From Squalus acanthias (lineage: Eukaryota): 64,000 nucleotides of DNA. Within the stretch, counting starts at the first letter, position 1; each line of letters starts with the position of its first letter. The notes under the pieces were generated by a model. It did no database searches and was not told where the DNA came from. It saw nothing but the letters and a program-made list of their open reading frames with translations. The stretch covers positions 100,504,001 to 100,568,000 of the forward strand of contig CM059432.1 of NCBI GenBank assembly GCA_030390025.1, given 5' to 3'. Shown one piece after another: positions 40,222 through 53,825 of this stretch. Both the position numbers and the translations under genes were made by a program.

Positions 40222-42098
40222 ATCGATCTACATTATCACATCCCCATCTCACTAGCCACCCCTCACACTCACCCTCATCCTAGTCCAATCATACCAACTA
40301 ACAACATACAAGGGTAGCTACTTGGGTGTTTTATCCAATGTTTATGTAAAGTTTCTGTTAATGTGTTGTCAAACATAAAACTCTTCATTTTCAACACTTT
40401 CTGGTCTTGGACAGATTTGCGTGCACCTTTGGAAGTGGCTTTGTGAGTTGCAGTGAATGGTGAGACTTAACGGTACCCCCCGCAATGGTGATGAGTGTGA
40501 AAGGAATGGCTTGGTAATTGTAGAGATGCTTTACGGTGTTGGTGTGGGGCAGTGCCAACCTGGCGCATCATGGCATATATTCTGGCATGGGTGGAGGATT
40601 GGTTATCTAACAGGAAGCAGAGAGTTGGGATAAATGGTTCATTCTCGGACTGGCAACCAGTAGCCAGTGGTGTTCCGCAGGGGTCGGTGCTGGGTCCCCA
40701 ACTCTTTACAATCTATATTAACGATTTGGAGGAGGGGACCGAGTGTAACATATCAAAGTTTGCAGATGATACAAAGATGGGAGGGAAAGTAGAAAGTGAG
40801 GAGGACATAAAAAACCTACAAGGGGATATAGACAAGCTGGGTGAGTGGGCAGAGATTTGGCAGATGCAATACAATATTGGAAAATGTGAGGTTATGCACT
40901 TTGGCAGGAAAAATCAGAGAGCAAGTTATTATCTTAATGGCGAGAAACTGGAAAGTACTGCAGTACAAAGGGATCTGGGGGTCCTAGTGCAAGAAAATCA
41001 AAAAGTTAGTATGCAGGTGCAGCAGGTGATCAAGAAGGCCAACGGAATGTTGGCTTTTATTGCTAGGGGGATAGATTATAAAAACAGGGAGGTATTGCTG
41101 CAGTTATATAAGGTATTGGTGAGACTGCATCTGGAATACTGCATACAGTTTTGGTGTCCATACTTAAGAAAAGACATACTTGCTCTCGAGGCAGTACAAA
41201 GAAGGTTCACTCGGTTAATCCCCGGGATGAGGGGGTGGACATACGAGGAGAGGTTGAGTAGATTGGGACTCTACTCATTGGAGTTCAGAAGAATGAGGGG
41301 CGATCTTATTGAAACATATAAGATTGTGAAGGGGCTTGATCGGGTGGATGCGGTAAGGATGTTCCCAAGGATGGGTGAAACTAGAACTAGGGGGCATAAT
41401 CTTAGAATAAGGGGCTGCTCTTTCAAAACTGAGATGAGGAGAAACTTCTTCACTCAGAGGGTAGTAGGTCTGTGGAATTTGCTGCCCCAGGAAGCTGTGG
41501 AAGCTACATCATTAAATAAATTTAAAACAGAAATAGACAGTTTCCTAGAAGTAAAGGGAATTAGGGGTTACGGGGAGCGGGCAGGAAATTGGACATGAGG
41601 TTGAGTTCGGATCGGTCGAGGCCCTGTGGGTGGCGTAGCGGGCCCAGGGGCTGAGTGGCCGGGTCCTGCTCCTACTTCTTGTGTTCTTTAGATTTGAGGT
41701 GAGGATCAGATCAGCCATGATCTTATTGAATGGCGGAGCAGGCTCGAAGGGCCGATTGGCCTACTCCTGCTCCTATTTCTTATGTTCTTATGTTCTTATT
41801 TCACGCTATTAAGTAATCAGCTGGAGCATTGGCCACGGAACTCCCGCCTTAGGTTCGCAGACGTGGTCCCCGAGCTGTGTGAATCCCGTGGCCATGCAGG
41901 GAAATTTAAAAAGTAAGTGAAAAAAGACGCTTAAGTGCCTGTAAATAACCTGATAATCATGTCAGTTGGGTCCTCCACCACTGCCGGTTGGGTCGGCTAC
42001 ATGACGACAGATGTACCTGGGAGGAAAGGTTCCCAACCTGCTGTCAAAAATAACAACTTTCCCACCCGGCCCACTACCACCCCAAAAAATTCCGGCCA
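40222..42098. mobile_element. Harbinger relic related to 29374-31070, in reverse orientation and split by a CR1
   Basis: 40240-40560 resembles the reverse complement of about 30140-30470; ends AAAAATTCCGGCC. Confidence 0.55.
40570..41799 (+). mobile_element. Young 5'-truncated CR1 LINE with an uninterrupted RT C-terminal frame (about 340 aa)
   Basis: VPQGSVLGPQLFTIYINDL, KFADD; (TTCTTATG)n tail. Confidence 0.93.
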
Positions 42099-42293
42099 AG
42101 GTGTTGGACAAATGTTAAATGGGGAATTGTGGTTGTGGTCACTGGTATCGCAGGTGGATCATTCCATCCCGGATATCCAGGCCAGAAAGGTACTGTCTGG
42201 GACGTATCCTTCCTTTTGCTTTCTCCTCTTCTAAGTCTTCCTCTTCTGCGTCTTCCTCTTCCCTCTGCGAGCGGATGCTGTAAATCTGAAGTA

Positions 42294-42412
42294 AAAGCAG
42301 AAAATACTAAAAATACTCAGCAGGTCAGGTAGCATCTCAACTTGAGACGTGAACTCTGTTGCTCTCTCCACGGATCCTGCCTGATCTGCTGAGTATTTCC
42401 AGCATTTTCTGT
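42294..42412. repeat. Short palindromic repeat (AATACTCAGCAG.TCAGG / CCTGATCTGCTGAGTATT)
   Basis: Inverted arms seen directly. Resembles a common shark repeat, possibly Penelope-related (from memory). Confidence 0.5.
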
Positions 42413-42854
42413 CTTCTCAGATGACTTCCTTTACCATCCGAGGCCTTGCAAGCATCCAGCAGCACTCCCTGCACTCTTAAAAAACTTTTAACATGCATTG
42501 CAGCAAGCCACTACTTCAATAAAATTTTAAAAATCCAGTCCAAATGCTTAAATGCAAATTTACCTGAAAGATGTGTGTCCCTTGATGAGGTACTGTCAGC
42601 GTCTCTGTCAGTTTGCTTAATGCTCCGTTTTCAGAGCGAACTTAGGAGCCAGCGCTGAACTCAGCACTAAGGTCGAAATTTGCTGATGTGAAATTAAGTT
42701 GGCGTCACCCTCTCTTCATTTACATGTCCAGGGCCAGCGCTGATATCGGGTTTCGTGCTAGAGAAGCGCGCTAGAGTGGCAGCCGCCATTTTTTGCTGGG
42801 ACAGCGGCACAAATGGCTGGCGATAAGTGGCCCAATTTCTAGGCCTTCGTTTTT

Positions 42855-43150
42855 TGTAGCAGTTTGATGTAACTGAGTGGCTTGCTAGGCCATTTCAGAG
42901 GGTAGTTAAGAGTCAACCACATTGCTATGAGTCTGGAGTCACACATAGGCCAGACCGGTTATTTCCTTCCCTAAAGAACCAGATGGGTTTTTACGACAAT
43001 CCAGAAGTTTCATGGTCACTAGCTTTTTTAAAATTTTATTTTTTTATTTAATAAACTGAATTTAATTTCCCCAGCTGCCACGGTGGGATTTGAACTCACA
43101 TCTCCGGAGCATTAATCCAGGCCTCTGGATTACTAGTCAAGTAATTTAAC
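42855..43150 (-). mobile_element. Probable SINE with tRNA-like head
   Basis: Minus-strand B-box-like GAGTTCAAATCCC near 43085-43097. Confidence 0.5.
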
Positions 43151-43861
43151 TGGAAAGCTTTTCCTGATTACTCTGTTTAATGCAAAGTAATAACTGTGTG
43201 CACACTGAAAGCAATAGATGGGTATCTCCACACATACTACAATGCCCAGGTTTGTTCTTGATCTGAATAATGTAAGATGTCCAGGATTACAAAGATAAAC
43301 TGTAGATCACTGCTTAAATAAGCACTTGGATATGTAATAGTACTTTAAATGATTGATGCTTTGGAGCAGTAATGAGACACTGAGCATTATTTATCTGAGA
43401 TTTTCAAACAATTCCATTAGTAAGCAGACCTCCTGTAGATATTCTTGGAAGAAATGCAGTGGAATCTACCTCCCTTATAGCTGACTGAATTTACCTGGAG
43501 GGGACAGCCTTGCACAGTGAATTCAAATTGGCAGTGAATGCTGCACCATTGTGAAGAGCCAAAGCTCCAGAAAGCTGCACAGCTCCAGTCAGCCTTAAAG
43601 TGGATTTTAGTCCGCTCAGTGTGAACTTCTAATGAAAAGACAGGTGTCGACAATCATCAAGAGATCTGACCTGACACCCACCACAAAACTTGTGTTTTCC
43701 CCTATAATTTCTTTGGCTCAGCAATTTCAATATAATGCAGTGAGATCAGATTTACTTGGCACAGAGAGTCCAAACTGAGGCTACTGCCTTTAACAACAAC
43801 AACAACGTGTATTTATCTAGCACCTTTAACGTAGTAAAATGTCTCAAGGCACTTCACAGGA

Positions 43862-46800
43862 GCAGAGCCAGCGGACCTGGGTGGAACCGGAGCAGCAGCG
43901 GGAGCAGAATAAAGAACGCGGCGAGAGGAGGCCCGAGAGCAGAGCCAGCGGGGGAGGAGCAGCGAGGCTCCAATTCAATAACAAAAAAAAATCAAAGTGT
44001 GACATCACAGGTAAGCAGGTAGGTGATTGGTGGCGAGTATTTCTTTTCTCTTAGGACTGAGGGCTAAGTTACAGTAAAGACCTGTAGCATATAACTAAAT
44101 TTATAACTAACTAAACTTATTTTAATAAATGTAATAAATTAAACAAGGTTATAACCTAGTTTACCTAGAGTAAAAACTATAAATAGACAATTAATTGATA
44201 TTGACGTAATTAATTAAATAAAATACAATAGAGATGGCAAGGCAGACAATGTGTTGCAGCTGTAGCATGTGGGAGCAGGTGGACACCAGTGTGATCCACA
44301 ACGACCACATCTGCAGTTAGTGTCTGCAGCTCGAGGAACTTCGGCTCAGAGTTGATGAGCTGGAGTCCGAGCTACAGACATTGCGATACATCAGGGAGGG
44401 AGAAGTTACATGGACACTTTGTTCCAGGAGGCAGTCACACCCCTGAGGTTAAATACTTCAGATTTGGCCCGTGGTCAGGGACAGGAGTGTTTGACTGCGA
44501 GTGAGGCAGGTACGGGGATCCAGGAGGTAGCATTGGAGGAGCCTCAGCCCTGCACTTGTCCAACAGTTACGAGGTTCTTGCAACCTGTGTGGACGAGAGC
44601 AGGGACTGCAGGGAGGATGAGCAAACTGACCACGGCACCGTGGTACACAGGGCCATTCAATTGGGGGGTGTAAAAAGGAATGTCGTAGTGGTAGGAGACA
44701 GTATAGTTAGGGGAATAGATACTGTTCTCTGCAGCCGAGAGCGTGAGTCCCGAAGGCTATGTTGCCTAGGTTAAGGACATCTCCTCGGGGCTGGAGAGGA
44801 ACTTGGGAGTGGGAGGGGAAGGATCCAGTTGTCCACGTAGGAACCAACGACATAGGTAAGACTAAGAAAGAGATTCTGCTGTGGGAGTATGAGCAGCTCT
44901 AGGGTCTAAATTAAAAAGCAGAACCACAAAGGTAATAATCTCTGGATTACTACCTGAGCCACGAGCAAATTGGCATTGGGTCAATAAGATCAGAGAGTTG
45001 AATGCGTGGCTCAAGGATTGGTGTGGGAGAAATGGGTTTCGATTCATGGGGCACTGACACCAGTACCTGGGGAAAGAAGGAGCTGTTCCGTTGGGACGGC
45101 CTTCACTTGAACCATGCTGGGATCCAGTGTCCTGGCAAATCGAATAACTAGGGCTGTAGATAGGGCTTTAAACTAAATAGTTGGTGGGAGGGTTCAAGTG
45201 AGGAGAAATTTAGAAAGTTAAAGAGAAAGGACAGGGCAATAGTGCAGGGTAAGCGATATGGGCAATGAAAACCACAGTGTGACAGGAAGGAACAGAGCGT
45301 ACAAACATAAGAGTGCACCAGTAAATAAGGTCAGAGTAGGGAAAAATGATAAAAAGACAAAATTAAAGGCTCTTTATCTGAATGCACGCAGCATTTGTAA
45401 CAAGATTGATGAATTGACGGCACAAATAGAAATAAATGGGTATGATCTAATAGCCATCACAGAGATGTGGTTGCAATGTGACCAAGGCTGGGAACTGAAT
45501 ATTCAAGGGTATTTGACATTTTGGAAGGATAGACAGAAAGGAAAAGGAGGTGGGTAGCTCTGTTAATAAAGGAAGAGATCAGTACAATAGTGAGAAATGA
45601 TCTTGGCTCAGAGGTTCCAGATGTAGGTAAGAAATAGTAAGGGAAAGAAGGCACTTGTGGGGGTAGTCTATAGGCCCCCGAACAGTAGCTACACTATAGG
45701 ACAGAGTATAAATCAAAAAATAATGGGGGCTTGTAAGAAAGGTACTGCAATAATTGTGGGCGATCTTAATCTTCATATAGATTGGACGAATCAAATTGGC
45801 AAAAGCAGCCTGAGGACGAGTTCATAGAGTGTATTCGGGACAGTTTCTTGGAACAATATGTTGTGGAACCGACCAGGGAACAGGCTATTTTAGATCTGGT
45901 AATGTGTCATGAAACAGGATTAATTAATGATCTCATAGTAAAGGATCCTCTAGGGAAGAGTGATCATAACATGATAGAATTCCACATTTAGTTTGAAGGT
46001 GAGAAACTTGGGTCTGAAACTAGAGTATTAAACTTAAATAAAGGCAATTACAAGGGTATGAGGAGAGAGTTGGCTAAAGTGGACTGGGAAACTAGATTAG
46101 AAGGTAAGACGGTCGATAAGCAGTGGCAGACATTTAAAGAGATATTTCATGACTCTCAACAAAGATATATTTCAGTGAGAAACAAAGACTCGAAGAGAAG
46201 GATGAACCAACCATGGCTGACCAAGGAAGTTAAGGATGGTGTCAAATTGAAAGAAAAGGTAGACAATGTTGCAAAGATTAGTGGTAGGCCAGAAGATTGG
46301 GAAAATTATAGAAACCAGCAAATGATGACTAGAATAATAACAAAGAGGGAGAAAATAGCTTATGAGAGTATACTAGCAAGAAATATAAAAACTGACAGTA
46401 AGAGCTTCTACAAGTATATAAAAGAAAGAGAGTAGCTAAAGTAAACGTTGGTCCCTTAGAGGATGAGACTGGGGAAATAATAATGGGAAACAAGGAAATG
46501 GCAGAGGCATTGAACAAATATTTTGTATCTGTCTTCATAGTAGAGGACACTAAAAACATCCCAGTAATAGTAGAAAATCAAGGGGCAAAAGGGAGGGAGG
46601 AACTTAAAACAATCACTATCACTAGAGAAAAAGTGCTAGGCAAACTTATGGGTCTAAAGGCTGATAAGTCCCCTGGACCTGATGGTCTGTATCCTAGGGT
46701 CTTAAAAGAAGTGGCTACAGAGATAGTGGATGCATTGGTTGTAATCTTCCAAAATTCCCTTGACTCTGGAAAAGTCCCAGCGGATTGGAAAACCGCAAAT

Positions 46801-48898
46801 GTAACGCCCTTATTCAAAAAAGGAGGGAGACAGAAAGCAGGAAACTATAGGCCAGTTAGCCTAACATCTGTCATTGGCAAAATGCTCGAATCCATTATTA
46901 AGGAAGTAATAGCAGGGCATTTAGAAAATCATAATACAATCAAACAGAGTCAACATGGTTTTATGAAAGGGAAATCGTGTTTGACAAATCTATTAGAGTT
47001 CTTTGAGGAGGTAACGAGCAAGGTGAATAAAGGGAAACCAGTAGATGTAGTGTATTTGGATTTCCAGAAGGCATTCGACAAGGTGCCACATAAAAGGTTA
47101 CTGCATAAGATAAGACCTCATGGTGCTGGGGGTAATATATTAGATTGGATAGAGGATTGGCTAACTAACAGAAAATAGAGAGTCGGGATAAATGGGTAAT
47201 TTTCAGGATGGCAATCTGTAACTAGTGGGATGCCACAGGGATCAGTGCTGGGGCCTCAACTATTTTCAACCTATATTAATGACTTGGATGAAGGAAGAGA
47301 GTGTATTGTAGCCAAATTTGCGGACGATACAAAGATAGGTGGGAAAGCAAGTTGTGAGGAGGACATAAAGGCCAGGATCTTACCTGAAGAGGTGTGTTGG
47401 GGGCGGGATTGCTGCCTTTCGAGTTCTAGTCCTGCCCCCAGCGACATCCGACACACAGATGCTATTTTGCGTCAATTGGCCTTGTTAAGCTGGCCAATTA
47501 AGAGAAAGCCGGTGTCAGATGACGTCAGTTGATGACACGCCATCTGCCGGTTTTCTTAAAGGCGCCACCCATTTCTTTTTGACAGATGATTTTTTCAGTG
47601 TTTGACAGCATTGAGGTGCTGCAAACACAGACACTCACTGTACAAAGGTGAGCCCTTGCACCTAGGCTATCCAGTGACTCTCTCCTTAGGCTAAAACAGA
47701 TGGCAGCTGCAGGTGAGGTTACAGAAGCGATCTGTCACGAGTGAGAGAGGTTCTCCCAATGAGGTGGGACTACACAAACACTTCAAAGTATGTCATGTAC
47801 AGAAAATTCTAAACACATTAAAAATGACTTTCCCAACATTTTCTTATCTCTGCAACCAGTGTCCCATTGGATCCTTCACACCACTTCTGCAGCTGTCATC
47901 AATACACAAACGTTACAGTAGACCCACAGCACGCCACACTTACCCTGGTGGGGTTTCCCGACGTCGGGATGCCCGCAGTAGAAGTGTCAAAATTGGAAAA
48001 TGCCTCTTAACTGCCTGTTAAGCAGTTAAGTGGCTATAATCCTTTTCCCGCCGCTAGGAGTCGGGTCCCTGCGCAAATCGGGGACCTGACTCCCGGGAAG
48101 ATTGATTGGAGGCGGGTTGGAAGTGGGTTCGGGACCCGTTGCCAATCTTTTTGATTTTGCCAGCAGTCCCACCTCCAAACCCGACCCCTGAGCACCGGCA
48201 AAATCGCCCCCTCAGAGTCTGCAAAGGGATATAGATAGGTTAAGTGAGTGGGCAAGAATTTAGCAGATGGAGTATAATGTGGGAAAATGTGAAGTTATCC
48301 ACTTTGGGAGGAAGAATAGCAAAGGAAAATATTATTTAAATGGAGAAAGACTACAGAATGCGGCGGTACAGAGGGATTTGGGGGTCCTCGTACATGAAAC
48401 ACAAAAAGTTAACATGCAGGTGCAGCAAGTAATTAGGAAGGGCAAATGGAATGTTGGCCTTTATTTCAAGGGGGATAGAGTATAAAAGTAGGGAAGTCTT
48501 GCTACAACTGTACAGGGCGCTGGTGAGACCTAGAGTACTGCGTACAGTTTTGGTCCCCTTATTTAAGGAGGGATATACTTGTATTGGAGGCGGTTCACAA
48601 GGTTGATTCCTGGTATGGAAGGGATGTCTTATGAGGAAAGGTTGAGCAGGTTGGGCCTATACTTATTGGAGTTTAGAAGAATGAGAGGTGATCTTATTGA
48701 AACATATAAGATTCTGAGGGGGTTGGACAGGGTAGATGCTGAGAGGTTGTTTCCCCTTGTGGGAGAATCTAGAACGAGGGGGCATAGTCTCAGAATAAGG
48801 GGTCGCCTATTTAAGACAGAGATGAGGAGGAATTTCTTCTCTCAGAGGGTCGTGAATCTTTGGAATTCTTTATCTGCTCCTATTTCTTATGTTCTTAT
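43862..48898 (+). mobile_element. Near full-length CR1 LINE (5' UTR, ORF1 zinc finger + SGNH esterase-like, ORF2 APE endonuclease + RT), mutated
   Basis: ORF1 from ATG 44234: CCSCSMWE..HICS*CL, VVVGDSIVRG, VHVGTND, DGLHLN. ORF2: YLNARSI, IAITE.W, ILDLV, SDHN, RT motifs. Many stops and frameshifts; (TTCTTATG)n tail. Confidence 0.92.
47370..48211. mobile_element. Harbinger-like MITE inserted in the CR1 RT
   Basis: Interrupts GAGGACATAAA|GAGTCTGCAAAGG; right end AAAATCGCCCCC; subterminal similarity to the 33696 MITE; TSD not clean. Confidence 0.8.
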
Positions 48899-49276
48899 GT
48901 TATCAAACAAAATTTGACACCGAGCCACATTAAGGAGATATTAGGACAGGTGACCAAATGTTTGGTCACAAAGAGGTTGATTTTAAGGAGTGTCTTAAAG
49001 GAGGAGAGAGAAATAGAGAGGCGGAGATATTTAGGGAGGGAATTCCAGAGCTTAGGGCCTCGGCAGCTGAAGGCATGATCGCCAATGGTAGAGCAATGAA
49101 AAATGGAGATGTGCAAGAGGCCAGTTTAGGAGGAATGCAGAGATCTTGGAGAGCCGTAGGAGGTTCCAGAGATAGGGAGGGGTGAGCCCATGGAGGGATT
49201 TGAAAAAAAGGATGGGAATTTTAAAATCGAGGCGTTGCTGGACTCTGTTCTAACACTGTTGTTTCACCGTTGAGAT

Positions 49277-50410
49277 CTAGGTCAAAATCTGGACCATAAA
49301 AAAGGGATTAAATGGTTTATCACCGACGGATATTTTGAGTCCTACACAGAATTTGTCCAGCAAGAATGGGGCAGGCATGTGGCGAAAATGACAGGCGAGC
49401 GCTTTCCGCTGTATTCCCAACTTGTTCATATCCGTCATCAATTTAATTGCTGGGTTTTTGATAGCGTCACAGCGCCCACCGCAGGTAGGTGGGGGCCTCA
49501 TTAATATTTATATGTTGGGGTCCTATGATGTCATTTGGAGCACAGTGCAATTTTAACTGCTAATCGTGGCAGTAACATCTAGTATCAGAGCCGTTAGTGA
49601 AAGCTGAAGGCAGGCAGGATCGTAGCCAGAAGAGGCCCAGGTATGTGTTAATTATTAATTTTTTGAAATTTTCCTTGTGGGCCACAAGGAGCAGGAGTGC
49701 TTTGTTGGGTCTCACAAGGAAACCCTGGGCTTCTCGTACTCTGGCTTTCTTCTGCATCTCCATCATAACATTTTCACTGTTGTACTCTATGTCCCTACTG
49801 ATAAAATCCATATGGTATTTTACATTTAATTTTAATTGATATTTAAATAATATGTTATTTTTTATGCATCACACTTTCAGGAAACATTGAAACTCTAGGG
49901 GCCCAACAACAATGGGGAGGTGGGGAAGGAGCAGGAGAGCATGATTGCGGGAGGGTGAAGGGCGGGGAACCCGGAAATGTCAGGAACGTGGAGGTCCTGC
50001 CAAATTTTATTTTACTCCATTTCCCGCCCGGCAACCGGCCAGATTGATAGGTTGGCTGGCTGCCAGACAGGAAAGCCAGCAGTAGAAGGCCGCAGCTGGA
50101 GACTGAGGAGTTGGACCAGCAATCGGGATGGAGACGGGACCGGGAAATATCTCGGTTTTGGAGGGAGATGGTCGGCTGATTGTGGCAGAAGGTTTGCTTG
50201 AGGGTTTGGGGGGCGCACTCCTTCTCCTCCTGGCCCACAAGCAGTGCTGTAAAAAGCACTTAACTGCTGGATCTGGCAGCTTCCGCCTCCCTTTAACTGC
50301 TGAATTTCCCAAGCCCAGGGAAACCTGGCTGGCCAGCGTTAAATTTAAATGGCTGTCAAAATATCAGGAACAGAGCCTCATTTACATATTATAATAATGG
50401 ACCCGCCTCT
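49277..50410. mobile_element. Degenerate GC-rich MITE fragments
   Basis: Inverted similarity between 49670-49700 (CCTTGTGGGCCA.AAGGAGCAGGAGTGC) and 50215-50242. Confidence 0.45.
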
Positions 50411-52685
50411 CCAGAGAGGGTCACTCACTGATCCTCACTGCCAGATCTCCTACTTCTCTGTTGTCACCATGTTTTGCGGTTATGTTCCTATGCCCAAATC
50501 CAAATCAGTTGAATATACGGAGAACAAAAGCACTGACCTCTCGGATACACCACCTCCAATGCTTCGCCAATCCAAGCAACACCCAATTACCCTATCACAT
50601 TGTTTCCTGTTTATTAACCAACTTTCTATCCATTCTGCTACATTTCTTTTTCTACAGTACACCTGAATTTTTCTAAAGTCTCTTGTGAGACTATTTATCA
50701 TGCATCTTCTGGAAATCCATGTGGACTACATCCATTGTATTTCTGTTATCTACACACACACACACAGGAATAAAAGGTTAATATGGAAGCTGTTAGTGCA
50801 AGGATCTCGTCACCTCACTAGAAAGCTATGGAAAGATAAAATAAATCATTAGTCACATTCCATAAACCCACAACCAATGCCAGAAACAAGGCCACATTTT
50901 TGCTGTATTACTGTGAAAACTGCATCATGTGTGCAAAGAACAGACAAAGGCTGATAAAATGTTCCACTGTACATGTGTGATCTAAATTTTATCTAGAAAC
51001 AATCCTCTATAAATCCAAATCATTGAAATAAATAAAAACCAATAGAAATTCATTTCTAATTCACTTGGATTTATATTCCAGTTTTGAGCTTAGCTATGGA
51101 CCTGTTCAGAGCAGCCCCCATGTTCAGCACAATCTCACCAGCAAAGACCATTGACATTTTACTCTAGTGCCAAATAAGAACCAAACATGTTAAATTATGT
51201 TCCAAATGTATAGCTTTCTCATTCCTTGAATGAAGTTCAACCCCCATTCATAAATAAACATTTGACATGCCAAGTGTGAAAAAAATACTTTGAAGATATT
51301 CACAGCTTGTGCAACGACTGAATCAAGTCACCTTCGCCTACTCTGAAATTCATTAAAATATGTTTTTTTGCCTCAACCTTAGTTCTATGATCAGAGGAAA
51401 CAGTATTGGCTTTCAACCATACAGTGACAGGTATAAAAACACATAGAAATATAAACAGCTGTAAAAAGCACCATGTCAGACAGAGAAACAAGTGGTAGGC
51501 AGGGTGGGTGCTTTGTATGTGAGCTTGACCTTAACTCAAAAAATCAAATTATCCTATTGAATTTAATCTAACATTCTTCTTAATTTGAAAAGTAGATGAG
51601 GGGAGTGAAATTGGACTCCGTTGTGCGCCTTTCTTCGCAAGAAAATGTATTTCTTAAAAAGAAACACAAGTATAGGGAGCATAACACATTGGTTCAAACT
51701 GTGCTCGCATAAATCTGTTCAGAGCCATGTACAGCAAATCTTAATGAGGTCAAAAATAACATTAATGACTTAGCAAAAGCTAAATTTAGCAAGAGGTTCA
51801 GAAACTAGAAACTTTTCACCACATAAATATTCCCAGCTGGGAATAAAGACACTGGATTGAATAAATAGAATTTACAAAGTTGAAGATTAGGCAGCACAAA
51901 GTGGTTCAAGCCACATTAACGTTTAAATAATTCCAGTTTTTATAGTGCAAACCTTATTATGTTTTCTTTTAATATCCACCAAAATGTTGTTCTAATGCCA
52001 ACTATGAATAAAATTAGACAATGCAAGGAAAGTGAAAGTAGTCTCACTCGTGTAGTTTAGGGTATTTTTCTCATATGGCGACTGCGCAGAGGAGGTCTGT
52101 GCTGTAAGCTGCACAAGTGCAATTTTCAAGTGAAGATTTTATGAGTGATTTTAGTGAATTAATAAAGATCCTGAAAAAATGAAAATACCCATCTCAATTA
52201 ATAAATGGTAAGAACACAATAAGGCAGGAAACTAACTATATTGCCTGAAAAATTTAGTCAAAAAATTGCATAATGGAAATTGTGCAGTTTGATCACAATT
52301 CTGAAGGGGAGGGTTGGAATTTTGGGTGGAACCTGGACCTGCCCCTTTTTCATTACCCAACAAATTACTTTCTTGGGGGAAGCTGCTTCATCTAGCTTTT
52401 TCCATTATATTGTTCCAGCTCTCTCGGGACATTCCCAGGTTTAACTGGGAATTCTGTCCAAAACATCAGTGATATGGCCAGCGGTGCCTACGTCTGATGA
52501 ATTGTAAGTTCCATTATTGACTTGAAATGGAAAAGGCAAATAGCGAATTGCGAATTCAGAAAGAATCTACAGTGGTTTCTACAGGGGCATTACAGCACAG
52601 GAAGAGAAGTAGCCAAAACATTCACCTATCTTTTTAGCTCAATCTGGTTCCCTGGCAGGGTGATGCTTTGAAATTTTAGTGGCAA

Positions 52686-53790
52686 TACAACAACAACAAC
52701 TTGCATTGATATAACGCCTTTAACATAGTAAAACATCCCAAGGTGCTTCACAGGAGTACTATCAAACAAAATTTGACACCAAGCCAAATAAGGAGATATT
52801 AGGACAGCTTGGTCAAAGAGGTAGGTTTTAAGGAGTGTCTTAAAGGAGGAGAGAGAGCTAGAGAGGCAGAGAGGTTTAGGGAGGAAATTCCAGAGCTTAG
52901 GGCCTTAGCAGCTGAAAGCACGATCGCCAATGGTGGAATGATTAAAATCAGGAATGTGCAAGAGGCCAGAATTAGAGGAGTGCAGATATCTCAAAGGGTT
53001 GTAGGGCTGGAGAAGGTTACAGAGATAGGAGGGGCGAGGCCATGGAAGTATTTGAAAACAAGGATGAGAATTTTAAAATTGAGGCATTGCCAGACCAGGA
53101 GCCAATGTAGGTCATTGAGCACAGGGGTGATGGGTGTACGAGACTTGCTGCAAGTTAGGATACGGGCAGCAGAGTTTTGGATGAGCTCAAGTTTACAGAG
53201 GGTGCAAGGTGCGAGGCCGGCCAGGAGAGCATTGGAAGTGTCAAGTTTAGAGGTAACGAAGGCAAGGATTAGGTTTCAGCAGCAGATGAGCTGAGGCAGT
53301 GGCGGAGTCTGGCGATGTTTTGGAGGTGGAAATAGGTGGTCTAGGTGATGGAGCAGATATGTGGTCAGAAGCTCATCTCGGAGTCAAATACGACACCAGG
53401 GTTGCAAACACTCTGGTTCAGTCTCAGAGTGTTGCCAGGGAGTGGGATGGAGTCAGTGATTAGGGAATGGAGTTTGTGGCAGGGACGGAAAACTCTGGGC
53501 TGGATTTTGTCTTGGGGTCGGGTTGGGGTCGTGTAATCCGCATTTCGTGTTTCCCCCCCGACTCCAGATTAATGTGGATGAATGATGCAATTTTCACTTA
53601 ATTGGGCAATTGAGTTCCAGCATGTGGGAACCCATGAACTAATTAGTGTTTTCAGTCTGAAAGTCGCCTCTGATGATGTCATCATTGCTGACTGCCTAGT
53701 CTCAGAGACTGTTGGTGAGAGAGGACCTGCCTGGCTTGCTTTTGATGTGAGTGGACCTGGATGCAAAATATGGGGGGGGAAGAGAGAGAC

Positions 53791-53825
<35 letters not shown>

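Larger units (their letters stand above)
43792..49245 (-). mobile_element. L2-type LINE 3' fragment (43792-43862 plus 48899-49245) split by the full-length CR1
   Basis: Joining the halves gives CTTCACAGGAG..TATCAAACAAAATTTGACACC, as in the uninterrupted copy near 52746-52780. Confidence 0.8.

Noticed and set aside
40552..41598. Functional 348-aa reverse transcriptase gene
   Set aside because: 5'-truncated CR1 lacking the endonuclease and the N-terminal RT motifs; the start codon comes from flanking sequence.
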